Assembly: GCA_041737355.1 (NCBI GenBank)
Contig: JBGSRW010000008.1
Span: 91,700-155,699 of the forward strand
Reading direction: 5' to 3'
DNA from: Patescibacteria group bacterium
GTDB lineage: Bacteria; Patescibacteriota; Patescibacteriia; XYB2-FULL-38-15
DNA length: 64,000 nt
Numbering within the stretch: the first letter of the stretch is position 1; each line of letters begins with the position of its first letter. Shown here piece by piece: positions 62,157 to 64,000 of this stretch. Made by a program: the position numbers and the translations under genes. The notes under the pieces are model-generated. The model saw only the letters and a program-made list of their open reading frames with translations. It had not been told where the DNA came from and ran no database searches.

Positions 62157-62516
62157 TTACTTTAATTCTTTTGCCTTGCGCGCCCCATCTCTCACTCTAT
62201 TAACTTTTTTCTCCCTGTATTCCTCAATCTGGCGCTGCAATTCATCTTTCACTTTAACTATCGCCTGACGCAAATCTTTATTTGTTGCTTCTGCCCGCAA
62301 AATTTTTCCCGGTAAACGGATATCCGCTTCGGCCCGATAAACAAATTCTCCGGTCTTATGGTGCTGGCTTGTGCGGCCTATTTCAACCCATGCCTCAGCC
62401 ACACCGGTCGCGTCATAGTTCCGAATAAATTTTGCCAATCCGCCGATTTTTTCCTCAACAAAAACATCAAGACTTTCGATCGGCTCCAAATTTGTCCACT
62501 TTAAAGAGAGTTTCAT
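62157..62516 (-). CDS. hpf: Ribosome hibernation promoting factor / RaiA
   Basis: Sigma-54 modulation protein fold, 119 aa. Confidence 0.8.
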   Translation of the reverse strand: MKLSLKWTNLEPIESLDVFVEEKIGGLAKFIRNYDATGVAEAWVEIGRTSQHHKTGEFVYRAEADIRLPGKILRAEATNKDLRQAIVKVKDELQRQIEEYREKKVNRVRDGARKAKELK

Positions 62517-62569
62517 AAGAATAATTATTGTATATTAGAACATTTTAAAGCAAAATGCAAAGGGTCCGG

Positions 62570-63544
62570 CTAAAACCCGACATATTCAACTTCTTCCTGG
62601 AGCTGAATGCCGGTCTTATTTCTGACTTCCATTTTAACCAAACTCGCTAAAGCTATAACATTATCGGCTGTGGCTTTGCCCGTGTTCACGATAAAATTGG
62701 CGTGCTTCTCGGAAATTTTCGCTCCGCCGATTTTTCTGTCTTTAAGCTCGCACTTCTCGATAAGCCAGGCTGAAGGGATTTTCCCCTTCTGAATAAAATC
62801 GGCCGGGATATCTTCCTTGAAATGCGACTGGAAAGATTTTATTATCTCGTCGGTTATTTCAATATTTTTGAAAAATGATCCGGCGGACGGCTCTGTCGGA
62901 ATTTTTTCTCCGCGGGCTTTAAAGATTTTTTTCATCTCTTCTTTTATTTTTTCCTTGTCGCCCTTCTCTAATTTTAAAACAACTTTCAAAATAATTCCTC
63001 CTTCACGCTTAAAAATACTATCCCTATATCCGAATCCACATTCTTTCTTCCCATAATTCTTAATTCTCAATTTATGACTTACTAATCGCAAAGCCTCAAC
63101 TTCTTCCACTGCATCGCCCGTTGCCTTGCCGTAAGCTCCGGCATTGCCGCGCACTGCTCCGCCCGCTCTTCCCGGAATTCCGGCTGCCCACTCAAGACCG
63201 GGCAAGCCATTTTCCGCCGCCGCTTCCACTATCTTAGAGAGCAGTACTCCTGAGTCCGCCACAATTCTGCAATTAGTCTTATAGACTGCTAACTTTGAAC
63301 TATCTACTTTTACTACCAAACCGTCGAAACCATTATCAGAAAATAAAATATTGCTTCCGCCGCTGAAAACAAAAAAATTTAATCCCAATTCATTTGCCGT
63401 TTCCACGGCGCGCCTGACTTCCTTCGCACTTTTGGCGACAAAAAAATATCTGGCCGGCCCGCCGATTTTAAAAGTACAATGACTGACGAGCGATTCATTC
63501 TCCAAAACTCCCTCGCCTAATTTTTCTTTCAGTTTATCTATCAT
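62570..63544 (-). CDS. murB: UDP-N-acetylenolpyruvoylglucosamine reductase
   Basis: FAD-binding N-domain (FKIGGPARYF) and MurB C-domain. Confidence 0.85.
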   Translation of the reverse strand: MIDKLKEKLGEGVLENESLVSHCTFKIGGPARYFFVAKSAKEVRRAVETANELGLNFFVFSGGSNILFSDNGFDGLVVKVDSSKLAVYKTNCRIVADSGVLLSKIVEAAAENGLPGLEWAAGIPGRAGGAVRGNAGAYGKATGDAVEEVEALRLVSHKLRIKNYGKKECGFGYRDSIFKREGGIILKVVLKLEKGDKEKIKEEMKKIFKARGEKIPTEPSAGSFFKNIEITDEIIKSFQSHFKEDIPADFIQKGKIPSAWLIEKCELKDRKIGGAKISEKHANFIVNTGKATADNVIALASLVKMEVRNKTGIQLQEEVEYVGF

Positions 63545-63586
63545 AACATCATCAAGTTTAACAGAAATTACTTATAAAAACAAGAA

Positions 63587-63614
63587 TAAAAAAACTGCCC
63601 CTGGTTTTGGGCAG
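63587..63614 (-). terminator. Terminator of cassette L
   Basis: ctgccc/gggcag hairpin with an A8 run on the plus strand, giving T8 on the minus strand. Confidence 0.5.
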
Positions 63615-63637
63615 TTAGCACTCCTTACGCGCGGCTT

Positions 63638-63880
63638 TTATTGAGAGAGAGTCTTGATTACCAGGCCGATAACGTATAGAGCGGCGATTGCGAAAAGAAC
63701 TCTCATCCCGATTTCAAAAATCATTCCGAGGAAACCGGCTATCCACGATCCGCGGCGCGGCGGTTCGGGATCGGGAGATCGCGGCAAACTTTCGCCGAAC
63801 CATTCTTCTCTCCAGGCACTCCTGTTCCGTTCCTTCAAGCTCCTTCTTTCCTCCGGAGAAAGATCGTCGGAACTGCGCAT
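63638..63880 (-). CDS. Small membrane protein with Arg/Ser/Glu-rich cytoplasmic N-terminus (cassette L)
   Basis: GAGAGGAGAG SD before the ATG. G+C-rich. C-terminal TM segment of about 40 aa. Confidence 0.4.
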   Translation of the reverse strand: MRSSDDLSPEERRSLKERNRSAWREEWFGESLPRSPDPEPPRRGSWIAGFLGMIFEIGMRVLFAIAALYVIGLVIKTLSQ

Positions 63881-64000
63881 GGTACTCTCCTCTCTTTCAA
63901 TTTTGTTATATCAATAATCCAGATAATTTACAACCTCGATTGATTACTAATTAAAAATTATGTAAACTCTCTATATATGAAAAGTTATGAATCCGACGAT

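Overview
This 64-kb window looks like an AT-rich, CPR/Patescibacteria-like backbone. Native genes have no Shine-Dalgarno (SD) sequence and sit a few bases behind extended -10 boxes of the form TGcTATAAT, so their transcripts are short-leader or leaderless. Almost all of the backbone is dense housekeeping coding, including partial gltX, thpR, clpB, priA, def, fmt and a complete F1Fo ATP synthase operon. It also carries a histidine kinase/response regulator pair, tatD, cvpA, metG, rsmI, a CarS-like/PgsA lipid gene pair, rpoD, dnaG, glgP, deoC, tsaC, a DEAD-box helicase and a thiol/copper homeostasis locus. The right end holds secDF, secA, pdaD, hpf and murB. Three tRNA-type genes are present: tRNA-Asn, tRNA-Ser and one degenerate tRNA-like element. 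The most striking structure is a set of about 12 short G+C-rich islands carrying 13 ORFs that interrupt the intergenic spacers of this backbone. Each island is a self-contained cassette: a TTGACA-type promoter, a strong GGAGG SD that native genes lack, a small ORF and a hairpin terminator. The cassettes encode mostly novel small proteins, including Cys-rich zinc-ribbon proteins, small membrane proteins and a beta-carbonic-anhydrase-like protein. One is larger: an RlmN/Cfr-family radical-SAM methyltransferase fused to a receiver-like N-terminal domain, preceded by a structured G+C-rich leader. No integrase, transposase, CRISPR array or rRNA gene is visible. All assignments come from reading motifs by eye, and no composition statistics or database searches were run.
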